From: Takakia lepidozioides
Lineage: Eukaryota > Plantae > Bryophyta
Assembly: GCA_030704615.1 (NCBI GenBank)
Contig: CM060732.1
Coordinates: 65,844,001-65,908,000 of the forward strand
Length of the DNA stretch: 64,000 nt
Reading direction: 5' to 3'
Below, in pieces: positions 40,262-51,848 of the stretch. Every line of letters begins with the position of its first letter. The stretch's first letter is position 1. A program made the translations under genes and the position numbers. The notes beneath the pieces were generated by a model, which was not told where the DNA came from, did no database searches, and worked only from the letters and a program-made list of their open reading frames with translations.

Positions 40262-42716
40262 ATGGCTTCTTCTGAAGCGGAGTTCTTCTCTGACGAGAAA
40301 CCAATACCGTTCTCCAAGGAAACCCTTGCCGATGGGTTTGTTGTTATTCTCGAACATGTCTTGGCGACCCGGTTTGAGCTACAAAATGGGACAATTTTCT
40401 TGGAGAGAGAAATTTACGGTTCAGACGGGAAGTTGTTAAAATACTCCTTCCAGAACCATGATAAGACAGCTCTGGTCAGACAGTGGAGAGTCCGCCTTGG
40501 AAGATACAGGGTCCTTGGGGAGCCTTGAAAGTCCCTTGGATCATATGTCACTCCAGGGACAACTGTTTCCATGGTTCAAGACAAAAGGGACTTTGTAGTG
40601 AAAAGAGAGGAAACATCCTCCACTCCCATCGTTGAGCTTTCAGATTCATCAGATGAAGACATCACTGAAATCACTATTAACGTGCATCCTCTTGTAGTTG
40701 TGCAAGACGATGTTCAGGAGATCTCTAGTGTCATTCCAAAACTACGGTCAATGGGAGGATGCCCGGTTTCAAAAGTGAGTTGCGGGGAATTCGTTGGGAC
40801 ACTTTCAATATTGTTCATGTGAAATATCTTCCAGAGACGTTTGATGGGGATATCCTTTTCGAGCTCCCTCCTCCTCCTCATATTGGAGGTATCTCAAGCC
40901 GGATGCATGGTATGGACAAGAGACACGATGGACACCCATGGTGTAGGACGAAAACGTCAAATATTCAAAATCATGACAAACTTATCTTTAGGAGAACAGT
41001 TTGTTATGGGCACCTCAGGTGCGAAAATTTCAATTGCAGACACTTTCTTCAATCGGGGGTTCACAACCAGAGCGAGTGGGAGGGTATCGCTGAAAATCCA
41101 TTTAAGCCAGGGGCAGCTCCTTCGCGGACGGACACTTTCATTTGCAAATTTTGGAAGCTTGTCCCATCCTGCTTGACGGTGTGTGGTGCAAGAATGTACT
41201 ACGTGGTGCACCGTTTGAAGACTGTGACTCGAGCTTGTGTGCATTTCGGTTTTCATAACCATCCAGTCTCAAAGGGCGATTATAGGGAAAGTCTTGAGAC
41301 AGTGTCGAGGTTGATTAAACAAGAGTACGAGAGCAACCCATCCGCAACCACATCTGCAATTGCTCTTGCCGCAAGCAAGAGCTTCTTGGATAGCCATATT
41401 TTCTGTGCAGTGGATTCTGTGGGAAGTAAATTTGATGGACCAGCATTGGACATTGTCATGGATCATTTTCCAACATTGAGTTCACCCAACATTCGTCATC
41501 AAGTGAATGCATTGAGAATGCGCTCTAGAAATAGAGGCTACATTGACAACATTCTGGAATTGAAATGAATGAGCAAGTATGACTAAATACAGGACAGTGT
41601 GTTTCCAGGGCAAGGAGCGACAAAATTATATCTTTTCAAAATGTCCACAACCAGGGAGGGCAGTGGGGTAAGCCTCGTCAGGCGGATGCAGAAGAGTGGT
41701 GACCTTGTTCCGATTCGTATAGGGCAGACCGTGATAACTTCTCCACGCCTCGTGTCCCTCTGCATGAGAGATATATATCCGGACCATCCCTTCTTGAGGA
41801 ACCTGCGACAGGAGGGCAGACTCCAACATATAACAACCCCATTGCAATGGTGCAAGAGATAAATTTGCTCCCTGATATTGTAGAGTCCATGTGCCCCGAC
41901 CACATTTGGCACATAGAGCGCACAACTGCAAGGTCTCGTGTCAAATGTACGGTGATCAGGGCAACCAATTCTGAGAAATGCACTTCTTTCCATATCTAGA
42001 GGTGGTGCCCGATTCCAACTCCAACTTTCACTGGTTTGATGCACCCGTATGGGTAGCCAGAAGCCAAGAACCACAAGTTCTGGTTCTATGCAGACGATTG
42101 TGGGAGATGTGTGCATGGAACTGTGCGACCTTCCGTGGTGATGAAGCCAAGTCCACCAACTGTTTGGCCCGTGAAGTTGGGAACAAATCTCACAAATCAA
42201 GAGATTGCAATGCTGGAAGAGGCAGGGTTTTCCCTTGCAAGACAACCCCGTTGTGCGTGCATCTGCTTCCAGTTCTGGGAGTACAAAGGTCCTTCCGATA
42301 GATGCTCATTTGTGACCAACAAAACGAAATGGAAAACTTGTTCGGCGTTTCCCTCCAACTGCAGAACACTTTGGCAAGGTGGAGTCCGCTAGAATGCTCC
42401 AAGCTCATGTTTCCAGCACGACGGAGGTGCCCGATCCTGGGTATGGTCGGATGTACACAATGATCACCTCGACATCTATTGTTCACGATAGGGCGTACGA
42501 CATCATCGTTTCCAATTTCCTTGCACCTGTCCTGATTTTGTTGGGATGCTATCAACCAGTTTGGGCAAGAGAGGTAAATTCGTACCCTGCAAACATGTGT
42601 ACTTCATCTTCGTGAAGATGATGGTTTGTGATCCCAAACATGACAACTTCATTCACCAGGCGACAATGAGTTTCAACGAGATCAATACTCTATTGCAACG
42701 GGATACAAGCACATAG
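40262..42716 (+). mobile_element. Decayed transposase-like gene with GCM-like zinc domain and C-terminal SWIM finger (Mutator/Zisupton-like architecture)
   Basis: CYGHLRCENFNC...CLTVCGARMYY...CVHFGFHNHP; SWIM CTCPDF-x-PCKHVYFIF at ~42522-42610; multiple stops and frameshifts; no recognisable DDE core. Confidence 0.72.
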
Positions 42717-43149
42717 GTAGATGACTTGCTGTTTATGGAATGTGGTGAAAGTTCAATCCGATATCGCAAATCTGAATTCAGGTTGGTTTCGACTGTGAGT
42801 ATGCAAAAGGTACAACCATGATGTGTACACTACAACAGATCCCGGCTTTAACATCTGCCACATTTGCCCAGTCGTAGCATATATGTCTACAAAATGCAAG
42901 GGGACAGTCCTGGTTGCCATTTGTGACCACCAGAAGTCGTATATGCCACCTTATACCTCCGCCACGTCAGGATCTTCGGTCAAACACGTTTGACCAGATA
43001 GGGGAAGATGGTAGATACGACTAGGAGTCATGGCCAAAACTGCAACAGGATGACGTGGGCATGGGAATGTATGACTGCCAGTATTCACGACTGCACGTGG
43101 CGATTGTCGGTTGCCCAAGGAGTGTCTACGTGGACGATGCAAACATAAA

Positions 43150-43775
43150 TGGATGAAACAGATGCATGATGTGATTGCAAATGACGACGTGTCAACATAT
43201 CATTGCTCGCGGGCACTAAGCCACACCCTGTGAATGAATGGATGAATGAATGATTAGGATGAATTAGGATGAGTGAACTAGGATGAATTAGGATGAATTA
43301 GGATGAATGTGCTCGAATTTAGGGTTGCTAGGTCGCAGTGTTAAGTATGAGGATAATAATTAGTAAAAACATTTAACTACTGTTTCACCGACCCAGCAGA
43401 TTAACAGTAAACTAATCGACTGCTGGTTAAGGTTAGTGAACAAAACGACTCTATTATCTCACCAAATGATACACAAACGCCTTGCTGGCAACTATTGGGA
43501 TGAACATATCAAACATAACTTTTGTGCACTAGATGAACGTATGAACGAATGATACAACAAACGCCTTGTTGGCAACTATTGGATGAACATAGGAACAAAT
43601 AATAATGCAAACGCTGAGCTGGCAGTATTGGATGAACTGACAGTGAAACTCATTTAAAGATTCATTTTGGATGAATGGATGAAATTAAAATGGCCAAAAA
43701 ATGGAAAAACAAATGAATGGATGTATTGATGGAAAACCCAAAATCCATCCATCCAGTCATGAGTAGAGGGGACTT
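43150..43775. repeat. GGATGAA-rich subterminal repeats and probable element terminus
   Basis: ttaggatgaa tandem copies 43254-43307, many further ggatgaa motifs, duplicated aaacgccttg.tggcaactatt.gatgaacat; ends catccatccagtcatgagtagaggggactt. Confidence 0.6.
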
Positions 43776-43814
43776 AGCGTTTTTTTGTCTCCCCTGCCAT
43801 CTGTTTGTCTTCTT

Positions 43815-43968
43815 TGTGTCGAGTTTGATCGTGAGAGACGACAAACAGGACGGAGCTGTGTTTGCTTTCTTTTAGTGTCGAGTCTGATCATGAGAGACGT
43901 CGATCAGGGCGGAGCTATGTTTGTTTTGTTTTAGTGTCGAGTCTGATCATGAGAGACGACGAGCGGAG
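43815..43968. repeat. Three ~60-bp tandem repeats
   Basis: gtgtcgagt(t/c)tgatc(g/a)tgagagacg...cggag three times. Confidence 0.85.
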
Positions 43969-43993
43969 TTGGTGGGATAGGGGGCGGACAGGG

Positions 43994-44074
43994 ACTCAAA
44001 CCCTAGAATCGGGGCATGAAGATGTGGTGCACGATGTGGCCATCGACTACTATGGGAAGCGGCTGGCCACCTTC
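43994..44074 (+). pseudogene. SEC13: SEC13 N-terminal fragment
   Basis: TQTLESGHEDVVHDVAIDYYGKRLAT matches the conserved SEC13 N-terminus GHxDxxHDxxxDYYGKRLAT; no continuation. Confidence 0.8.
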
Positions 44075-44164
44075 ACGATGGACAACCGCAATTGCAAGGT
44101 GTGGTTTTTTCTCAATGTACGATGTGAAGAAGTTTGTCCATCTTGCAACAAAAAGGCTTAAAGC

Positions 44165-46060
44165 CAAATGCGCTTGCGACCTATGAGCAAATTATTGAGC
44201 AAGGGGTATTGCCCGTCAAAGTCATGTTCATTTGCGTTCTCAATGCATGTGCGAGCCTGGCAACCCTGGAAAAGGGCAAAGAGGTCCATGCTGCGATTGA
44301 TGTTGGAACAGAGTCATATTTGAATTTGGAGAATACTCTCGTTGATATGTATGCCAAATGTGGGGCTGCAGCTGGCAGGTGGGGTGATCCCACAGAGGCG
44401 AGAGCAATGATGAAGGACAAAGGTGTCAGAAAGGAGGTAGGGCACAACTGCATTGAGGTTGACAATCGGGTGCATAATTTTACTGTGAATCGAGTGAATC
44501 TGATGCAAAGAGAAGGTGTGAAGGTAGATAAGGTCATTTTCTTATGCATCTTGAATGCATGTTCCAGCCCATTGTTGATAGAGCAAGGCAAGCAGCTCCA
44601 CGAGGGCATCATTAGAGCTGGATTTTAGTCAAATATCAGTATGGGGAACGCCCTCGTCAGCATGTATTGCAAATGCGGGGGTGTGGAAGATGCACGGGAA
44701 GTGTTTGCAAAATTGCCCAAGCGCGATGTGATCTCATGGAATGGGATGATGGCTGGATTAGCTCAGCCAGGTCATGCACAAGAGGCACTTGAACTATTGA
44801 CAGTGCAGCAAAAGGATTCTACTGAGAAAATTTGCCCTTTACATACCGGAGTGGCTGAGCCTGAACAGGAACTACAAACCCTACATGTGATGATAGTTGG
44901 ACTCGACAAGACTGCCAAGGCTGCTGATGAGAGGGCAGCTCCTCATGTGGGTAGTGCAATAGTAGTTAATGCCAGAATTTTGGTGCTTCAAGGACTGCCC
45001 CCAATCACACCTGAAAGCTGTTGGAGAACAACTTGATCTTTTGGCGGCTGACTTAACTGAGTTCAAACGGGAACAATGCAGCTCACAGCAGCAGGTAGCA
45101 GAGCTGGTCATGGGCAAAGAGGTGCATGGGGATATCATCAAAGCTGGAATTGTACCAAACGTCATTCTGAACACTGCCCTGGCAGCTCTGGAAAAGGGGA
45201 AAGAGGTCCATGGCGACATCTTCAGAGCTGGAATTGTACCAGATTTCATTTTGAGCAACACCCTGGTGGACATGTTTGCAAAATGTGGGTGCATCTAGGA
45301 TGCAAAGGGAGTGTTCAACACTATGGCTGAACAAGATGTGGCGTCGTGCAAGCCTGGCAGCCCTAGAGAAGGGCAAAGAGGTGCATGGGGATATCGTCAA
45401 AACTGGAAAGTACCAAATGTCTCTAAACACTGCCCTGGCAGCTCTGGAAAAGGGGAAAGAGGTCCATGGCGACATCTTCAGAGCTGGAATTGTACCAGAT
45501 GTCATTCTGAACAATACCCTGGTGGATATGATTGCAAAATGTGGGTGCATCTAGGATGCAAAGGGAGTGTTCGACACTATGGCAGATGTGGTGTCGTGGA
45601 GTGCGATGCTTGCAGGGTATGCACAACAGGGACGTGGGATGGAGGCTTTGTAGACCTATGAGCAAATGATTGGGGAAGCACATCATGTTTGTGTGCATTT
45701 GCAATGCTTGTGCAAGCCTGGCAGCCCTAGAGAAGGGCAAAGAGGTGCATGGGGATATCATCAAAGCTGGAATTGTACCAAACGTCATTCTAAACACTAC
45801 CCTAGCAGCTCTAGAAAAGAGGAAAGAGGTGCATGGCGACATCTTCAGAGCTGGAATTGTACCAGATGTCATTCTGAACAATACCCTGGTGGACATGTTT
45901 GCAAAATGTGGGTGTATCTAGGATGCAAAGGGAGTGTTCAACACTATGGCTGAACAAGATGTGCTGTCGTGCAAGCCTGGCAGCCCTAGAGAAGGGCAAA
46001 GAGGTGCATGGGGATATCGTCAAAGCTGGAATTGTACCAAATGTCAATCTGAACATTGCA
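44165..46060 (+). pseudogene. Mosaic PLS-PPR pseudogene fragments with internal tandem duplications
   Basis: L/S/P fragments, an E+ piece (AAGRW..MKDKGVRKEVGHNCIEVDNRVHNF), repeated KGKEVHGDI..AGIVP.VILNT units, stops and frameshifts. Confidence 0.9.
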
Positions 46061-46094
46061 TGAATCGTGTTTGCTGCATGAATTCTAGGCTGTC

Positions 46095-46565
46095 ATTGTC
46101 AGTTGCTAGCAACAAGGCAAAGATGTATGCATAATTTGTGCAGAGGCATGGATAGCTGAAGGAGCACGGATGGAGTGTGGGTCCAGATTCATCCAAGAGG
46201 GCCGGATTTCAAGCCACAGGATAGCTATAAGAAACCTGCATGGGTAGATGGTCAACTGGAAGCCGCAGCAACATCGGCACGATTGATAAAATCAAGCACA
46301 ACTCATGAAGGCACCTTCTTCAACATGTTTCACCCTCCAAAAACAGTAACAGAGATGAGGAGAAGCTGTGGAATGAATATTTTTCTGACCCCAGTCAATG
46401 GTGGGACAACCGAGGCAAAAAGGTGTATGTCGTCAATTACCAGATGTCATTCTGAATACTTCCCTGGTGGACATGTATGCCAAATGTGGGTGCATCGAGG
46501 AAGTAAAGGAGTGTTCAACACTATGGCTGAATGAGATGTGGTGTCGTGGAGTGCGATGCTTGCAG
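46095..46565 (+). pseudogene. PDF-motif relic joined to PPR fragment
   Basis: IHPRGPDFK..SYKKPAWVDGQL; DEEKLWNEYFSDPSQWWDNRGK; then PDVILNTSLVDMYAKCG. Confidence 0.8.
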
Positions 46566-46949
46566 CCACCGCGCTACCTGTTACAAGACAACTTCCAAAC
46601 CTCCAATCCTTGACTGCCAGAATGGGGTAAGGGTTCCCTACCTGCAATTTTCCATTTTGCACACATCAAGTTTGTGTAATGGTGCTTAGACATTCTTAGC
46701 GATGTTAGTTAGTTTCACATATGTCAATGTTGTTGTTGTTATATTGCCTGAAAGCTTGCTCATGTATCTTCTGCCGTTTTTGGGCTGGATGGCAGTTGAA
46801 GGTGGGTGACCAAGTCCGGCCAAGCCAGTGTATGCATCTTCTGCTCAGGCATTTGGAAGTCTACTAGACTTTGCAGCTTTGTGCATTTCTGTAGCAGAGG
46901 ATTAGATTATGAAACGGATCTCTGAACATTAAGTCACGTTGTATTTGAA

Positions 46950-48300
46950 TCGATGTTCCAATTTCAAATGTGCTTTCATGTTTCAATGGTGTATGCTTTC
47001 AATGGTGCTTTCATGTTTCAATGCTACGGTCGTGTACATGACTACTTCCCATCCACAGAGCCTCCGCCACGTGCCACTTTCACCCCTCGTGTTTGTCCAT
47101 ACTCGTGCCACGTGCAGTATCCAGAGTGCGCCATGGAAGTCATATGTTCCAGTCATAACAACCACCCCACCCCCATCCTGCATAATTTGACTCCACGTGT
47201 GGACTTGGGATTAAACGTCCGAAGTCATATATGCCAGTCACGAAAGACCCTCCCGCTCCATATTGTGTGCTACATGTCATGTCCAGTCTAATCCACGTGT
47301 TGTCCTGGGGTTAATCTGCGGAAGTCACCCTGTCATGCCACGTGTCGTTCCTGGTATTCTCCACGTGCTGTCCTAGGGTTAATCCGCGGAAGTCGTATAT
47401 GCCAGTCGTGAAGACCCTGTCGCCTTCCCTTTGACGTGACACGTGGCATATCCCTTCCGTTCCACGTGAAGCTGACATGGATTCGCAGTCATTTACTATG
47501 GTCCTATCAATGACTATAATTAGGCGTCCCCGTTTCCACATCAATAGTGAGCTCCATGACTGGCAGATACGACTCAATGGCGCTTACGACTCATTTGTCA
47601 CAACTGACTAGGTTTATCTGACTGGGCAGTCATGCAGTCATAAAGGCTGATATGACTGGAAAATAACAGATGTAAAAGCCGGGATCTGTTGTAGTGGTAA
47701 TGTGTAGTTGGAACATTGTCACTACCAAACATTTCAATTCAATAGCAGCATTCGTGAGGTTGTTGAATGATATGGCAGACCTTCTCCCTCCATTATGGTT
47801 CCAATTGTGTAATATATGTGCTATCTTTTGCAATTTTATGGAGCTCATGCATCATTGGTCCTGTGGGTGTCTACATGTGCTTCTTTCCAATGTTATCCGA
47901 ATTGTCAATGTTATTTGGGGAGAGTTAGGGTGTCCCTATGTCGTCATGTACGCCACTGAATTTGTGAGGTTAGTTTGTCGTCCTAGTAATTGTTAAATTG
48001 TCAAAATTACAGCATTAATTTCACTTATTCTGGACTGGACGCCGCAGTTGTGGGCTTATCTCCCAATTCGGATGTTCCATGGTAGTTTTCATGTTATTCA
48101 CCAAACTATTGCCCAACATATCCCACGGTCATAGGACCCTCGGGAATAGGCTCTTTATGTTTTCGCTGACGTGGCGGATGCTGATGTGGCGCCACATCAG
48201 CACACCCAACTCCATGTCAGCTTGCCGACATTAGGCTCATGCCACGTCACCAATCTGTGAGCGTACGCTCACGCGCAAGGCTCACGCCGTTGCGTCGTTG
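46950..48300. mobile_element. Non-autonomous DNA-TE-like remnant with CCACGTG/GAAGTC repeats and perfect palindromes
   Basis: Recurrent ccacgtg...ggaagtc.tatatgccagtc units 47100-47420, sharing gaagtcgtatatgcca with 42934; palindromes tgctgatgtggcgccacatcagca (48179-48202) and gtgagcgtacgctcac (48257-48272). Confidence 0.5.
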
Positions 48301-48329
48301 TTATGCAGGGATGCTAACTCTCTTTCTCA

Positions 48330-48700
48330 AAAAGATGCAGAGAGGAAAGGGAGATTGTCAATGCCCAATGTGAGGGTGGCCTGAAGACAATATCCATTTT
48401 CTGCTACAATGTCCGGGGATATTCTCATCAGGCTGAGCCTGACCTCTCTGAACTTGTTTCCAGTCTGTGACATGGGAGAGGCCATCATGGATGACCTCAA
48501 GGGTTTACCCACCCTCGGCACTAGACTGAAAATTGAACTCAGGGGCAACCTGAAGACACATGGATAGCATTGTGGCCGTGCCCCCAGTCTGGGCGGAACA
48601 AGAGCAAACCTTTGTGAGGGGCTCACTCCAGTAGCAATATCCATCAACATGACTCGAATATTTCATTTATGAAGTCCAGCCTTGAGATCCTACTAATGAA
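48330..48700 (+). mobile_element. Possible LINE ORF2 C-terminal zinc-finger remnant
   Basis: CQCPM*GWPEDNIHFLLQCP resembles the CxxC..E..H....C finger of L1-type RTs. Confidence 0.4.
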
Positions 48701-49384
48701 TGAAGAAAGAAAAAAGGTGGGTCTCTTTTGACCATATTCATGAAAGCTCACAGAACAAACTACCTTCGATTTCGAAGAGAAATACCCATATCCGCATCAG
48801 CACTTTTTATGAAGACACATTTTGTTCAAAACCGTATAATATTTGTCACTGAGTTTATGTAGACAACTATTTTTTTTAAAGAATGTATCTTCGAATATAC
48901 GATCGTTATCTATTAGATAAAATGCTAATGTCCACCGTAAACAATAAAAACTTGGGCACATATATAACTTCAAATAATATGGAAAAACAAAATGTTAATG
49001 CGGAGAGGCAGACAAAATAAACGATTTGAAATTTACACCAATTGCAAATAAAGATGAAAAAGATATCATATAAACAACATTCATAATCCAAATCCAAATC
49101 TGCTTGTTGTATCAAAATGAGCCACAATCATTACACCGTCAAATGAATCTTGAAATGAAATACAGAGGAAAAATACAAAAAAAAAACAAAAAACAAAAAA
49201 AGGGTTCCACTCCCCCTTACTTCTTGGGCATAGATAGAGGTAGCTGCATCAAACAATGAAATACAGAGATGTGACATACATAGATGTAAGACCATGGGAT
49301 GACCCACCCTTTTTGTACCAATTGGAGTGATTTTGACAAGTTACAGTAGGTAGGGTTGGAGTGTTTGTTGGAAGAACTTTGCGC

Positions 49385-51848
49385 CGTCAGTGTCAGCTGC
49401 TAGCAGCAAGGTTGAGGATGTATTCACGATATGTACACAGGCATGGATAGCTGAAGGAGCAATGATCGAGTGTGGGTCCAGATTCATCCAAAAGGGCCGG
49501 ATTTCAAGCTCCAGATTACCTATGATTTCCTGTGGAAGGATAGCTACAAGTAATAGATGGTCAACTGGAAGCCGCAGCAGCAGCGACACAATGGATAAAA
49601 TCAGGCACTGCTAATGAAGGCACCTTCTTCAACACATTTCACCCTGTTTTTCCCTCTTATCAGAATCGGCCCTAAATTTCCATGTTGAATTCTGCAAGTT
49701 AGTTGGTTGAGTGAATCTTGTTTGGAGTGACTTTGACATGATACTGCCAATGTGACAACAAGATAGTATCCAAAAACAGGTAACATAGATGAGGAAAAGT
49801 TGTGGAATGAATACTTTTCTGACACCAGTCAATGGTGGGACAACCGAGGCAAAAAGGTGAATGTCTGTCAGATTACCAGATGTGATTCTGAACACTGCCT
49901 TGGTGGACATGTATGCCAAATGTGGGAGTATCGAGGATGGCAAGGGAGCGTTCAACACTATGGCTGAACGAGATGTGGTGTTGTGGAGCGCGGTGCTTGC
50001 AGGGTATGCACAGCAGGGACGAGAGATGGAGGCGGGATGGAGGCTTTGGAGACCTATGCGCAATCGATGGGGGAAGGGGTGAAGCCTGACCACATCACGT
50101 TTGTGTGCAAGCCTGGCACCCTGGAAAAGGGCAAGAGGTGCATGGTTGCATCACCAAATCTGCGAAGGGAGGGTTCGACACTATGGCCAAATGTGATGTG
50201 GTGTCGTGGAACACGATGCTTGCAGGGTATGCACAGCAGGGGCCCGGGAGGAGGCTTTGGATACCTATGAGCAAATGATATTACATGTATGCCAATCAGG
50301 GAGTATGAAGGATGCGCATCAAGTGTTTAATAAAATGGGTCAACGGGATGTGGTCTCATGGAACACCATGATTGCAGGATATGCCCAGAATGGGTGTGGT
50401 AGGCAGGCTTTGGAGATCTATGAGAAGATGCAACGGGAAGGGGTGACACCCAACAGGGCCACGTTCCTCTGTGTGTTTGAACGCCTGTACAAGCCTAGGA
50501 GCCTTGAAAAAAGGCAAAGAGGTCCTTGTTAACATTCTCAAATCTGGAATTGCGTCATATATTAACTTGGAAACTGCCCTTGCGGACATATTGTACGCCA
50601 AATGCAGGAGCATGAAGGACGGATGACAAGTATTTAAGAGTATGGTTGTACGAGATGTGGTCTCATGGAGTGCCATGATTGCTGGGTATGCTCAGGATGG
50701 GTGTAGTAGAGAGGCATTTGAGGTTTATAAGAAAATGCAACAGGAAGGGGTGACACGCAATAGGGTCACCTTCATCTGCGTCAGATATAACTTTGGAGAA
50801 TACACTTGTGACATGTATGCCAAATGTGGGAACATGAAGGATGCGCATCAAGTGTTTGACAAGATGACTAAATGAGACGTGGTCTCATGGAGTGCCATGA
50901 TCGCATGATACGTACAGGATGGGTCTAGTAGGGAGGCTTTCAAGATCTATGAGCAGATGGAACTTGAAGGGGTGATGCCCAACCATGTCACATTTATTTG
51001 CATTCTCAATGCGTGTGCCAGCCTTGGAGCCTTGGGAAAGGGTAAAGAGGTCCATGCTGACATCCTGAAAGCTGGAATTATGTCATGTGTAAATCTGGAG
51101 ACTGCACTTGTAGACATGTAAGCCAAATGTGGGAGCTTAGAGGATGCGCGTGAAGTGTTTGACAGTATGGCTAAACAAGATGTGGTCTCATGGAATACGC
51201 TGATCATAGGATATGCTCAGCACGGGTGTGGTAGGGAGGCCTTGCTCCTATTGGAACAAATGCAACAGGAAGGTGTGAAGCCTAATAGTAGTACCTTCAT
51301 ATCTGTCTTTTCAGCATGCAGCCATGGGGGCCTAGTGGATGAAAGCCATCAGTGCTTTGATTCCTTGAGACAAGATCATGGTCTCACTGCTACAGTGTAG
51401 CATTTTAGCTGCATGGTGGACTTTCTTGGCCGTGCAGGGCGATTGATGAAGCAGAGGACTTAATTAACACATGCCAATCATGCCAGATGTTGGGGTATGG
51501 ACGGCCTTGCTTGGTGCCTGTAGAGTTTGGAGATGTGGAGATAGCAGAACATGCAGCAAAGAGCATTCTCAAGATTGATCTGGAGCACTCTGCGGCTTAT
51601 GTGTTGCTATCAAACATTTATGCTGCGACTGGCAGGTGGGATGATAAAGCAAGGGTGAGACAATGGTATCAGAAAGGAGCCAGGGTGCAGCTGCATTGAG
51701 GTTGACAACATGATGCATACTTTTGTTGTAAGAGACAAATTGCATCCACAAATTCAGGAAATTCATGCTGAGCTGCAGAGATTGTTTGGGCTGATGAAGG
51801 GGGTGGGATATGTTCCTGACACACGCTTTGTGTTACATGACATTTAGA
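49385..51848 (+). pseudogene. PDF relic + PLS-PPR + E/E+ pseudogene
   Basis: PDF block 49385-49860 (DEEKLWNEYFSDTSQWWDNRGK), many P/L/S motifs with stops, SACSHGGLVDE, AAYVLLSNIYAATGRWDD, KEPGCSCIEV, GYVPDTRFVLHD. Confidence 0.88.

Noticed and set aside
44800-45108. Coiled-coil-like non-PPR insert within the PPR mosaic
   Set aside because: Probably foreign DNA, but no diagnostic motif to name it
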